64,000 nucleotides of DNA from Acutalibacteraceae bacterium (GTDB taxonomy: Bacteria; Actinomycetota; Coriobacteriia; Coriobacteriales; UMGS124): assembly GCA_963619535.1 (NCBI GenBank), contig CAVEWV010000002.1:3327-67326 (forward strand), in the 5' to 3' direction. A model generated the notes under the pieces. The model was not told the DNA's origin, made no database searches, and saw only the letters and a program-made list of their open reading frames with translations. Position 1 is the first letter of the stretch, and the number at the start of each line of letters is the position of its first letter. The position numbers and the translations under genes are program-made. This document shows, in pieces, positions 1 to 8,413 of the stretch.

Positions 1-229
1 TGACGGTCTCGCCCTGGGAGGCCGCCTCATCGGCGGCGGCGGTATCGGTGGCATCGGCAGCGGCGTCCTGCCCCTGGTCTTGGGCCTGGGCGGCAGTCTG
101 GGCCGCCGCGTCAATCAGACCCCCCAGGGCTGAGGTGCCGGAGGCCGCGAAGGCGGGGGCGGCCAGGCACGTGCCGGCCAGGGCCAGCGACAGGGTTGCG
201 GATGCGACGAGCTTGACAGAGGTGCGCAT
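1..229 (-). CDS. N-terminal part of a signal-peptide (secreted) protein; the 3' end runs off the window
   Basis: Minus-strand ATG at 229-227 has GGAGGAG 4 nt upstream. It reads MRTSVKLVASATLSLALAGTCLAAPAFAASGTSALGG... (basic n-region, hydrophobic core, A-x-A) and stays open to base 1. It is absent from the ORF track because no stop lies inside the window. Confidence 0.45.
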   Translation of the reverse strand, partial: MRTSVKLVASATLSLALAGTCLAAPAFAASGTSALGGLIDAAAQTAAQAQDQGQDAAADATDTAAADEAASQGETV

Positions 230-306
230 TGGTCTCCTCCTCGGGGATAAACGCGGGCAAGACAAGCGCCATATACGGACGGCGCCCCGACGGTCCCGCG
301 CACAAC

Positions 307-339
307 AAAAAAGCCCGCAACAGTATAGCTGTTGCGGGC
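307..339 (-). terminator. Rho-independent terminator downstream of serS
   Basis: An 11-bp stem GCCCGCAACAG/CTGTTGCGGGC (313-323/329-339) with a 5-nt loop is followed on the minus strand by TTTTTT (312-307). It lies about 10 nt after the serS stop. Confidence 0.65.
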
Positions 340-349
340 CAAAGGGGCG

Positions 350-1639
350 CTAGCGGATGACGTCGCAGCCCATGTACGGACGCAGGACCTCGGGCACCGT
401 CACCGTGCCGTCGGCGTTCTGGTAGTTCTCCAGGATCGCCGCCATGGTACGCCCGGCGGGAAGGCCGCTGCCGTTGAGCGTGTGCACGAGGCGCGTGCCC
501 TTGAAGGAGGCCGGGTCGGAGTAGCGGATGTTGGCGCGACGGGCCTGGAAGTCGCCGCAGTTGGAGCAGGAGCTGATCTCCTTGTAGGCGTTGTAGCTGG
601 GCAGCCACACCTCAAGGTCGAAGGTCTGGCGGGCGGAGAAGCCCAGGTCGCCACCGCACAGGTTGATGATGCGGTAGGGCAGGCCGAGCTGCTGCAGCAC
701 GTACTCGGCCTCCTCCACCATGGCGGCCAGGCACGCGTCGGACTCCTCGGGCTTGGCGAAGTTGACCATCTCGACCTTGTCGAACTGGTGCTGACGGATG
801 ATGCCGCGCGTGTCGCGGCCGGCAGAGCCCGCCTCCTCGCGGAAGCAGGGGGTGAAGGCGGTGTAGTGCTTGGGCAGCGCGGCCGCGTCGATGACCTCGT
901 CGCGGTGCAGGTTGGTCAGCACGACCTCGGCCGTGGGGATGAGGTACATGTCCTCGTCCTCGCCGCGCACGTGGTAGAGGTCCTCCTCGAACTTGGGCAG
1001 CTGGCCCGTGCCGTAAAGCGTGTCGCGGTTGGCGATGATCGGCATCCAGAACTCCTGGTAGCCGCGGGAAGTGTGCGTGTCGATGAAAAAGTTGATCAGG
1101 GCGCGCTCAAGACGGGCGCCCAGGCCGGCGAGCACCGTAAAGCGCGCGCCGGAGAGCTTGACGCCGCGATCGAAGTCGAGGATGCCCAGCTCGGTGCCCA
1201 GGTCCCAGTGGGGTTTGGCCTCGACGCCCTCGGCCGCGAAGTCGCGGGGCGTGCCCCAGCGCTTGACCTCGACGTTGAAGGTCTCATCGAGGCCCTCGGG
1301 GGCGGCGTCGGCGGGGATGTTGGGGATACGGCTCAGAAGCTCGGTCTCCTGCGCCTCGACGGCGTCGCGGCGGGCGTCGAGCTCGGCGATGGTGTCCTTC
1401 ATGGAGGCCACCTCGTCGCGCATGGCGGCGGCCTCGTCGGCGCGGCCGGCCTTCATGAGGGCGCCGATCTCCTTGGAGGAGCTGTTTCGCTTGGCCTGGA
1501 GCGCCTCGACCTCCTGGATCACCTCGCGACGCTGGGCGTCGAGGGAAAGGAAGAGCTCCCTGTCCCAAGAGCCGTGGCGCTTGGCCATGGCGGCGTCGAG
1601 AACCTCGGGGTGCTCGCGAAGCAAGCGAATATCGTGCAT
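350..1639 (-). CDS. serS: Seryl-tRNA synthetase
   Basis: The translation of ORF 350..1744 shows an N-terminal coiled-coil arm and a class II core (CFREEAGSAGRDTRGIIRQHQFDKVEM, GSGLPAGRTMAAILENYQ). The start was moved to ATG 1639 (MHDIRLLREHPEVL), which has GGAGGA 5 nt upstream. Confidence 0.95.
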   Translation of the reverse strand: MHDIRLLREHPEVLDAAMAKRHGSWDRELFLSLDAQRREVIQEVEALQAKRNSSSKEIGALMKAGRADEAAAMRDEVASMKDTIAELDARRDAVEAQETELLSRIPNIPADAAPEGLDETFNVEVKRWGTPRDFAAEGVEAKPHWDLGTELGILDFDRGVKLSGARFTVLAGLGARLERALINFFIDTHTSRGYQEFWMPIIANRDTLYGTGQLPKFEEDLYHVRGEDEDMYLIPTAEVVLTNLHRDEVIDAAALPKHYTAFTPCFREEAGSAGRDTRGIIRQHQFDKVEMVNFAKPEESDACLAAMVEEAEYVLQQLGLPYRIINLCGGDLGFSARQTFDLEVWLPSYNAYKEISSCSNCGDFQARRANIRYSDPASFKGTRLVHTLNGSGLPAGRTMAAILENYQNADGTVTVPEVLRPYMGCDVIR

Positions 1640-1815
1640 GTCGTTCCTCCTGTTGTCAGCGGGCGGCAGACGCCCCCGCAGGGTCGGCGCCAGTTCCGTC
1701 CCCCGTGGGGGCGTCGTTGGCCGGGTGTTGCATAATTCCATCATTTTAGCCCCTGAGGGCCGTCAATGTCGGGGTATGCTATCGCACGCATGTATCTACC
1801 ACAGCTGGAGGAGCA

Positions 1816-2091
1816 ATGGATTTCATTTTGTGGCTGTTCGGTTGGCAGACCGAGTCGGACTTCACCCTCTTCGGCCTGGACAACGGCGTGCCGTTCCTGA
1901 TTTTCGGCGGCATGATCGCCTTCATCGTCGTCGCCGTGCTCGCCGAGCGCAAGACGCACAAGATGTTCTACAACCACCCCGTCGAGGAGGACGAGGACTG
2001 GTGGGAGGACGACAACGACGACTGGGACGACGACGATGACGATGAGGACGACGATGACGAGGACGACGAGCCCGTCAAGCGCCGCAAGTAA
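1816..2091 (+). CDS. Small membrane protein with a poly-acidic C-terminal tail (hypothetical)
   Basis: GGAGGAG lies 3 nt before the ATG. There is one clear hydrophobic helix (VPFLIFGGMIAFIVVAVLA), then EEDEDWWEDDNDDWDDDDDDEDDDDEDDEP. No family was recognised. Confidence 0.6.
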   Translation: MDFILWLFGWQTESDFTLFGLDNGVPFLIFGGMIAFIVVAVLAERKTHKMFYNHPVEEDEDWWEDDNDDWDDDDDDEDDDDEDDEPVKRRK

Positions 2092-2116
2092 GCACGCCGT
2101 CTGATACGCAAGCAGC

Positions 2117-3373
2117 ATGCAGCACAAAGGGGAAGATGGAGCCGTGGCACAGGACGCGCCGAACAGCGAGACGCTCGTAGCCGACGTCGAGGAAGAGGAA
2201 ATCGCGCCGGGCCAGAAGAAGGTCCCCAAGCTCCTCAAGGTGTTCGGCGCCCTGCTGCTTGTCTGGGGCGCGCTCGAGATTCTGCTCATGCTCCTGGGCG
2301 CCGTGGGAATATGGGCCCTCTGCACGGGCGAGATCGATATCCAAGACGTCCTGCCCGGCACGAGCATGCAGAAGCCCGAGCTCGTGCTCCTGATCGCCCT
2401 CGTTGCGAGCGGATTCGTGCTGGCCGTGCTCGACTTCAGGCTGGGCCTGGGGCTGGTCAAGAACAAGCGTGCCAAGAGCGCCCTCAGGGCACGCGCCATC
2501 ATGATCCTGCTCGTGGTGCAGCTCGTTCTCAACATCCTGTTTTCGGGCGTGGGGCCCGAGCTCAACCTCCAGGGCATTTCCATCTTGGGCATGATCGGCC
2601 TGCAGATCTACCTCGACCCGTCGCTTGCGCAGGAGCGCGAGCTCGACCGCAAGCTGCGCAGGCTCGACGCCCGCTCGCGCGAGGAGGAGCGCCTGGAGCA
2701 CCTGCGCAAGTACGGCGGCAAGGCCCCCTTCAAGCTGACGTTCTTCAACCTGTTCTGGACCTTCGTCATCTGCTGCGTGCTCGGCGTCATCATCGAGACG
2801 ATCTACTGCCTGGCAGTTGGCGCCGGCTACATGGACCGCGCGGGCCTGCTTTACGGCCCCTTCTCGCCCATCTACGGATTCGGCGCGGTGCTCATGACCA
2901 TCGGCCTCAACGGCATCCGCGACAAGAATCCCGTCATCATCTTCATGCTCAGCGCCGTCATCGGCGGGGCGTTCGAGTTTTTGGTGAGCTACCTGCTGGA
3001 GATGGCGTTCGGCATCACCGCCTGGGACTACACAGGCAGCTTCCTGTCCATCGATGGCCGCACGAACGGCTTCTACATGTGCGCATGGGGCATTCTGGGC
3101 CTGGTATGGGTGAAGCTCCTCATGCCCGCCATCTTCGACCTCGTGCACAAGATTCCCTGGAACTGGCGTTACGGCGTGACCGTCGTGGCCCTGGTGCTGC
3201 TGCTCATTGACGGCGGCCTCACGCTCGTGAGCTACGACCGCTGGTTCTCCCGCCAGGTGGGCATTCCCGCCGCCACGGCCGTCGAGCAGTTCTGCGACGA
3301 CAACTACCCCGACGACTGGATGGCCAACCGCTTCCAGACGATGACGATGGACGCCAGCAAGGCCACCCGCTAG
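2117..3373 (+). CDS. Polytopic membrane protein with a C-terminal half resembling the 'putative ABC-transporter type IV' (CmpB-like) family
   Basis: The C-terminal half carries LLYGPFSPIYGFGAVLM and several TM helices typical of that family (from memory). The N-terminal half adds about 4 more helices and a charged coiled linker (ERELDRKLRRLDARSREEERLEHLRK). The start is not verified because the RBS is weak. Confidence 0.65.
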   Translation: MQHKGEDGAVAQDAPNSETLVADVEEEEIAPGQKKVPKLLKVFGALLLVWGALEILLMLLGAVGIWALCTGEIDIQDVLPGTSMQKPELVLLIALVASGFVLAVLDFRLGLGLVKNKRAKSALRARAIMILLVVQLVLNILFSGVGPELNLQGISILGMIGLQIYLDPSLAQERELDRKLRRLDARSREEERLEHLRKYGGKAPFKLTFFNLFWTFVICCVLGVIIETIYCLAVGAGYMDRAGLLYGPFSPIYGFGAVLMTIGLNGIRDKNPVIIFMLSAVIGGAFEFLVSYLLEMAFGITAWDYTGSFLSIDGRTNGFYMCAWGILGLVWVKLLMPAIFDLVHKIPWNWRYGVTVVALVLLLIDGGLTLVSYDRWFSRQVGIPAATAVEQFCDDNYPDDWMANRFQTMTMDASKATR

Positions 3374-3495
3374 CGGGCAGGGCTGCAGCACAGCGTTTGC
3401 GGCGTTGGTCCGGGGCTCATATACCTCCAGCACACTTCGCCCCGGACCGCCTTGCAACCGCAGCACTGCAGCCCTCCCCTTTTTTATCGGGACGC

Positions 3496-3826
3496 CCGCG
3501 CAACACAGCGGCCGGCGTGCCCCTCTTGGGCTGGGGCGCCCTGGTGCGCCGCCCGCAAGGCGCATGGGGGCGCGGCGTGCTTTGCACGTAAACCCCGGCG
3601 CAACGCAGCGGACAGCATGTCCCCCGGCTGGGGCGCCCTGGTGCGCCGTCCGCAAGGCGCATCGGGGCGCAGTGTGCTCCGCACATAAGCCCCGGCGCAA
3701 CGCAGCGGCCGGCGTGCCTCTTATGCTGGGGCGCCCTGGTGCACCGTCCGCAAGGCGCATGGGCGCGCGGTGTGCTCTGCACATAAGCGCCCATGCAACG
3801 CCGCGGCCGGCGTGCCAGGGCGCCCC
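3496..3826. repeat. Tandem array of about 3.4 copies of a 97-98 bp GC-rich hairpin-containing unit
   Basis: Units begin near 3496, 3595, 3692 and 3790 (partial). They share the core GGGGCGCCCTGGTGCRCCGYCCGCAAGGCGCA...GCACRTAA. The array fills the gap between two convergent genes. Confidence 0.85.
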
Positions 3827-3828
3827 AG

Positions 3829-4875
3829 CTAGCAGTCGTAGACGGGTTCGCCCATAATCCTTGTCTCATACAAGTCGCTGTCAAACTCGCTGCGAAAGGC
3901 CGTGGTGCGCAAAAGGGAGCGGACTGCCTTGATAAGCGGGGCGGTGCCGGGGGTCTTGAGGATGACGAGGTCGACCGCCTCGGACTGCATGGGGACGAAG
4001 GAGAGGTTGCGCAGCTGGCGAGTGGGGCGCTCGCTGGTGAGGGCGACGTTGGCAAGGCCGCGCGACACCATGAGGGCCTGGGCGAGCTCGGAGGCGGCGG
4101 GGCGGTCGTAGCCGGCCAGGGAGTCTGGACGGGCCTCGAGGTACTTGAGCTTCTCGTCGAGAAGGACGCGGGCGGAGGCGCCGCGCTCGCGGTTGGCGAT
4201 CACGATCCCAGGCTTGAGCAGGTCGTTCCATGTGGCGATGCCCAGGGGGTTCAAGTCGGCCACCGTGAACCCCACACGCTGCTTGAAAAGGCGGAACGAC
4301 ACGGCGGGCACACCGGGCAGCATGGTGCGGATGTAAGGCGTGTTGTAGGCGTCCTCGCGCTCGCTCCAGAGGTTGACCACGCAGGCATGGCAGGTGCCGG
4401 CATACATGCGGGCCAGGCTCATGTAGGGGTTGGCGTGGGAGCGCAGCACGCGCACACCCAGGCTCGAGAGGTAGTTGGCCAAGACGTCGGCCGCCATGTC
4501 CTGCCCGCCGATGACCACCGAGCCCTTTGCCCAGGAGGGAAGCTCGTCGAGGACGTCGGAGGGCATGGGCAGCGTGGCTGTGTCGGCGGAGCTTGCTTGA
4601 GACGGGGCGGCAGCGCCCGGTTGCGACTCGGCCTGGGCGATCCCACCCTCAAGGCGGGCGCGCACGTCGTCGTAGCGGAAGCGCATCTGCCGGCCCACGC
4701 GGTAGGAGGGCAGCTCGCCTGTGCGCGCAAGCTTGTAGACGGTGTTGCGGCTCAGGTGCAGGATGCGCGTGACGTCCTCCACGCGCAGGGCGTCCCCCTG
4801 GGCAAAGCCCAAGTCTGTCGACTCGATATGGCGGGCAGGCACCGACGCGGCAGCCGCCTCATTGCTCTCTTCCAT
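3829..4875 (-). CDS. Transcriptional regulator: excisionase/MerR-type HTH fused to a periplasmic-binding-protein-like (molybdate/tungstate-type) domain, TunR/ModE-like
   Basis: The N-terminus has LRVEDVTRILHLSRNTVYKLARTGELPSYRVGRQMRFRYDDV (excisionase-type HTH). The C-terminal ~230 aa has a PBP-like alpha/beta pattern (VVIGGQD...VANRERGASARVLLDEKL). The start was moved to ATG 4875 (MEESNEAAA), with GGGAGGA 4 nt upstream. Confidence 0.7.
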   Translation of the reverse strand: MEESNEAAAASVPARHIESTDLGFAQGDALRVEDVTRILHLSRNTVYKLARTGELPSYRVGRQMRFRYDDVRARLEGGIAQAESQPGAAAPSQASSADTATLPMPSDVLDELPSWAKGSVVIGGQDMAADVLANYLSSLGVRVLRSHANPYMSLARMYAGTCHACVVNLWSEREDAYNTPYIRTMLPGVPAVSFRLFKQRVGFTVADLNPLGIATWNDLLKPGIVIANRERGASARVLLDEKLKYLEARPDSLAGYDRPAASELAQALMVSRGLANVALTSERPTRQLRNLSFVPMQSEAVDLVILKTPGTAPLIKAVRSLLRTTAFRSEFDSDLYETRIMGEPVYDC

Positions 4876-5187
4876 TGTCCTCCCAAGGACCATTGCATGA
4901 TATGTACGATGTTTCGTACCACTTGGCATCAGTTGATATGCGTTGGTATGAGCATAGCCCAATGCAGCCCGCAAACATGTTGCAAATGCCACAAGCGGTG
5001 TATCTTGCTCGGTGCAGTTCTTCGCCAAGGCGAACTGCCCCAAAGGCCGCTGGGCCTCATACAATCACCCTCCCAAGGGACGAAGGCGCGTCTGGGATGC
5101 CGGGCGGGCTTTCGTTTTTTATGGCGCGAAACGCTTCGCCGCGCGCGTGTTCAAGTATGCTTGTACGCAGGCGAAACGGGAGGTCGC

Positions 5188-5514
5188 ATGGTCAACGTGC
5201 TCATCAGGGTCATACGCGTGCTGCCCATACTGGCGATTGTCGCGGTGGTCGCGGCTGTGGTCTACGGACTGCTCGTGGCGACGAGCACGCGCGAGAAGGC
5301 GCGCAAGGTCCTGCTCGGCATGCTCTCCGTCGTCAACGGCGCCCTGGCCGTGGTGTTCGCGCTCATCACGCTCTACGCCCTCTTCGAGAACAACGTCTGG
5401 GTCCTCGAGGTGGCCGACGTGAGCGCTGCCCTCTTCGCCATCGTCTTCATCATCGTGAGAATCATCGCCTGGCGCATGCGCTGCCGCGCCGAGGCCCGGA
5501 AGGACAAGAAATGA
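5188..5514 (+). CDS. Small integral membrane protein (hypothetical, 3 predicted helices)
   Basis: GGGAGG lies 5 nt before ATG 5188. The sequence reads MVNVLIRVIRVLPILAIVAVVAAVVYGLLVA..., and its stop overlaps the tlyA start (ATGA at 5511-5514). Confidence 0.55.
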   Translation: MVNVLIRVIRVLPILAIVAVVAAVVYGLLVATSTREKARKVLLGMLSVVNGALAVVFALITLYALFENNVWVLEVADVSAALFAIVFIIVRIIAWRMRCRAEARKDKK

Positions 5515-6326
5515 CCCAAGGCGCACGGCTCGACCTCGTGCTTGCAAAGCTCGGCAAATGCCCCTCGCGCGAGAAGGCCAAGGCCGCCATCGAGCAGGGG
5601 CTCGTCTTTGTGAACGGGTGCGCCTGCACCAAGGCGAGCGCCACGGTGACCCCCGCCGACAAGATCGAGGTGCGCGGAAGCGCCCTGCCCTACGTGGGGC
5701 GCGGCGGCCTCAAGCTTGAGCGCGCCTTGGACGTGTGGGGCATCGACCTGGCCGGGCTTCGCTGCGTGGACGCCGGGGCCTCCACGGGCGGCTTCACCGA
5801 CTGCATGCTCCAGGCGGGGGCGGCCCACGTGTGGTCCATCGACGTGGGGCACGACCAGCTCCACGCAAGCCTGCTGGCCGACGAGCGCGTCACGAGCCTG
5901 GAGGGCCTCGACATCCGCGACGCCACCTGCGAGATGCTGGGCGGGCCTGCGGACTTCCTGGGGTCGGACGTGTCGTTCATCTCGCTGGGCAAGGTGCTTC
6001 CGAGCCTGGCCGGCCTCATCGGCACGGGGGCGCACGCGGTGCTTCTGGTAAAGCCCCAGTTCGAGGCGGGCCCCGAGCACGTGGGCAAGCGCGGCGTGGT
6101 GAAGGACGCGCGCGTGCACGCCCAGGTGGTGAGCCGTGTCGCCAAGCAGGCGCGCCAGGCGGGCTTTGCCGTGCTCGATGTGACGCACTCCCCCATCAAG
6201 GGGCCGGAGGGCAACATCGAGTACCTGCTCCATGTGCAGAAAGGCCCCACCGACGCGCCCGTCTGCGTCGATGAGGCCAAGGTCGCCCAAGTCGTGGCCC
6301 GGGCGCATTCCCTGCTTGATGCCTAG
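5511..6326 (+). CDS. tlyA: TlyA-family rRNA 2'-O-methyltransferase (S4 domain + FtsJ-like methyltransferase)
   Basis: It starts RLDLVLAKLG...SREKAKAAIEQGLVFVNG (S4-like) and carries the SAM motif VDAGASTGGFTDCMLQ, then SDVSFISL and LVKPQFE. Translational coupling to the upstream small ORF is likely. Confidence 0.85.
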   Translation: MTQGARLDLVLAKLGKCPSREKAKAAIEQGLVFVNGCACTKASATVTPADKIEVRGSALPYVGRGGLKLERALDVWGIDLAGLRCVDAGASTGGFTDCMLQAGAAHVWSIDVGHDQLHASLLADERVTSLEGLDIRDATCEMLGGPADFLGSDVSFISLGKVLPSLAGLIGTGAHAVLLVKPQFEAGPEHVGKRGVVKDARVHAQVVSRVAKQARQAGFAVLDVTHSPIKGPEGNIEYLLHVQKGPTDAPVCVDEAKVAQVVARAHSLLDA

Positions 6327-7391
6327 CTAGCTTTTGAAAAGCCCCGAGATGCCCTCGCCAATCGAGGAGAACGTCTCGTGAATCGCGTTGCCCGCCTCGT
6401 CGGCGGCGTCCTTCACGCTCTGGTTGAACTCGGCGATGTCCGAGCCCGCCTTCTCGGCCTTCGCCTTGAGGCCGGCGAGAAGGCCGCCGTCGGAAGCCCC
6501 GGTGCCGTCGGAAGCCTCGGTGACGCCGGTATCCGAGAAGCCCGCGTCTTGTGCGCCCGACCCGTCGGCCTGCCCGTCGCCGGACAGCGACGCGGCCGCG
6601 CCGACGATGGCGCCGCCCACGGCCGTACCCACCTGCGAGGCCGCCCCGCTGGCGGCGTCCGCGATGTCGGCGGCGCCCTCCTTGGCCCCGGCATAGCCGT
6701 CGAGCACGGGCTGCGCCTGGTCGAGCAGGTCGGCCAGGTACGAGAGCGTCTCGGCAAGGCGGTCGCGTGCCTGGGCGAGCTCGCTGAAGTGCAACGTTCC
6801 CTCAAGCGACTCGATCACCTGCATGTCGGCGTCGATGTCGATGTGCGAGGCCTCCAGCGAGGTGAGCGCGCCGTCCACCGAGCCCAGCATCGCCACGAGC
6901 TGCTCCACCGAGGACGTGTTTGCGGCGCCTCCGCCCATAAGGGACGAGAAGACCTGCAGGAGCGTGGCGTCGAACGCAGAGCGCATGAGGGTGCTCGTCT
7001 GCCACACCGCGTTGTGCACCGGCATGACCGTGCCCGTCATGACGTCCCTGCCCACGGCGAGCAGGGAGCGCGCGCCGCGCACGTCCTGGCCCAGCACCGG
7101 CACCCAGCACGCCACGTCCCACTCGGGGCGGCCCAGCTCGGCCTGCAGGGAGTCGATGCCGGAGTCGATGCTCGCCAGGCAGGTGAGCATCGACTCGATG
7201 TCGCCTTCCTGCACGGCGACATCCACGGCGTCGGAATCCTGTTGGAGCTGGTCGGCCACGGGGGCGATGCGCTGGTAGGACGACCACAGGAGCACGCCCT
7301 CGACGCACAGGGCCACGAGGAAAAGCGCGAGCACGCACTTCAGCAGCCGGCGAAGGGCGCGCCCGCCCTTCTTACCCGATGTCTGTGTCAT
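6327..7391 (-). CDS. N-terminally membrane-anchored protein with a helical ectodomain and a Gly/Ala/Asp-rich C-terminal region (hypothetical)
   Basis: GGAGG lies upstream of ATG 7391. The sequence has a basic N-terminus followed by a TM helix (LLKCVLALFLVALCVEGVLLW). No family was recognised with confidence. Confidence 0.6.
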   Translation of the reverse strand: MTQTSGKKGGRALRRLLKCVLALFLVALCVEGVLLWSSYQRIAPVADQLQQDSDAVDVAVQEGDIESMLTCLASIDSGIDSLQAELGRPEWDVACWVPVLGQDVRGARSLLAVGRDVMTGTVMPVHNAVWQTSTLMRSAFDATLLQVFSSLMGGGAANTSSVEQLVAMLGSVDGALTSLEASHIDIDADMQVIESLEGTLHFSELAQARDRLAETLSYLADLLDQAQPVLDGYAGAKEGAADIADAASGAASQVGTAVGGAIVGAAASLSGDGQADGSGAQDAGFSDTGVTEASDGTGASDGGLLAGLKAKAEKAGSDIAEFNQSVKDAADEAGNAIHETFSSIGEGISGLFKS

Positions 7392-7447
7392 CGCACGTCA
7401 ACCTCCTGCAAGCCCACGCCAGCCGGACACGCCCCCGCGGCTTTGCC

Positions 7448-8395
7448 TTACGCCTCGGCCTGGGACTGGGTGCCGCGCACCATGGCGCGCAGGTAGGCCA
7501 GGTTCGCGTCCACCTGGGCCTGGCACTCGGCCACCATCCAATCGTTGCCTTCCTTGAACATGTGCTTGAAGCGGCCCTGGGGCTTCAGGAACTCCTCGAC
7601 CGGCTTCACGCGGCGCTGCTCGGTGAGGGTCCACACGCCCTGCTCCACCTCGAAGAGCGGCCAGAAGTTCGTCTCCACGCCCAGGCGCGCGATCTGGACC
7701 GTCATGTCGAAGGGGATGCGCCAGCCGCGCGGGCAGGGCGCGAGCACGTTGATGAACGCCGGGCCCTCGCAGTTGATGGCCTTCTCGGCCTTGCGCACGA
7801 GGTCCTGCCAGTGGCTGATGGAGGCCTGCGCGATGTAGGGGATGTGGTGGGCGGCCAGGATGGAGGTAAGGTCCTTGCGGCGCTGCATCTTGCCCAGGCC
7901 GCACGCGCCCACCTCGGAGGTGGTGGTCCAGGCGCCGTAGGGGGTGGCGCCGGAACGCTGGATGCCCGTGTTCATGTACGCGCCGTTGTCGTAGCACACG
8001 TAGACCATGTCGTGGCCGCGCTCCATGGCGCCCGACAGCGACTGCAGGCCGATGTCGTAGGTGCCGCCGTCGCCGCCGAAGGCCACGAACTTGACCTTCT
8101 TGTCGGGGTCGATCTTGCCGGCGCGCTGCAGGGCCTTGAAGGCGGCCTCCACGCCCGACAGGGTCGCCGCGGAGTTCTCGAAGGCGTTGTGGATGAAGGG
8201 GACGTCCCAGGAGTTGTAGGGGTAGACCGTCGTGGAGACCTCCAGACAGCCCGTGGCGCTGGAGACGACGACGGGCGTGTCGCCGGCGCCCATGAGGACC
8301 TGGCGCACGGCGATGGAGGCGCCGCACCCGCCGCACAGGCGGTGTCCGGGGGCAAGGCGGCTGGGGAGCTCGGTGAGTTGCTTGAGGTTTGCCAT
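7448..8395 (-). CDS. porB: 2-oxoacid:ferredoxin oxidoreductase, beta (TPP-binding) subunit, pyruvate/POR-type
   Basis: It shows PGHRLCGGCGA near the N-terminus and the TPP motif FGGDGGTYDIGLQSL...YDNGAYMNTG. AAGGAGG lies upstream. It is the last gene of a gamma-delta-alpha-beta operon. Confidence 0.9.
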   Translation of the reverse strand: MANLKQLTELPSRLAPGHRLCGGCGASIAVRQVLMGAGDTPVVVSSATGCLEVSTTVYPYNSWDVPFIHNAFENSAATLSGVEAAFKALQRAGKIDPDKKVKFVAFGGDGGTYDIGLQSLSGAMERGHDMVYVCYDNGAYMNTGIQRSGATPYGAWTTTSEVGACGLGKMQRRKDLTSILAAHHIPYIAQASISHWQDLVRKAEKAINCEGPAFINVLAPCPRGWRIPFDMTVQIARLGVETNFWPLFEVEQGVWTLTEQRRVKPVEEFLKPQGRFKHMFKEGNDWMVAECQAQVDANLAYLRAMVRGTQSQAEA

Positions 8396-8413
8396 CGTTG
8401 GTGCCTCCTTTCT

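Noticed and set aside
1640-1815. A T-box leader upstream of serS.
   Set aside because: A 9-bp inverted repeat (GACGCCCCC…GGGGGCGTC, 1669-1716) exists. However, no T-box sequence (…GGGTGGTACCGCG-like) or specifier-loop architecture is visible, and the region is only 175 nt and shared with a divergent gene.
3496-3826. The repeat array as a CRISPR locus.
   Set aside because: The units are contiguous ~97-bp repeats with no unique spacers. No cas genes are nearby.
3405-3857. ORFs of 60-150 aa lying across the tandem repeats (3397-3591, 3405-3857, 3452-3688, 3484-3684).
   Set aside because: They are internally repetitive translations of the repeat units, open in several frames and on both strands. 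They have no RBS and no coding-like composition.
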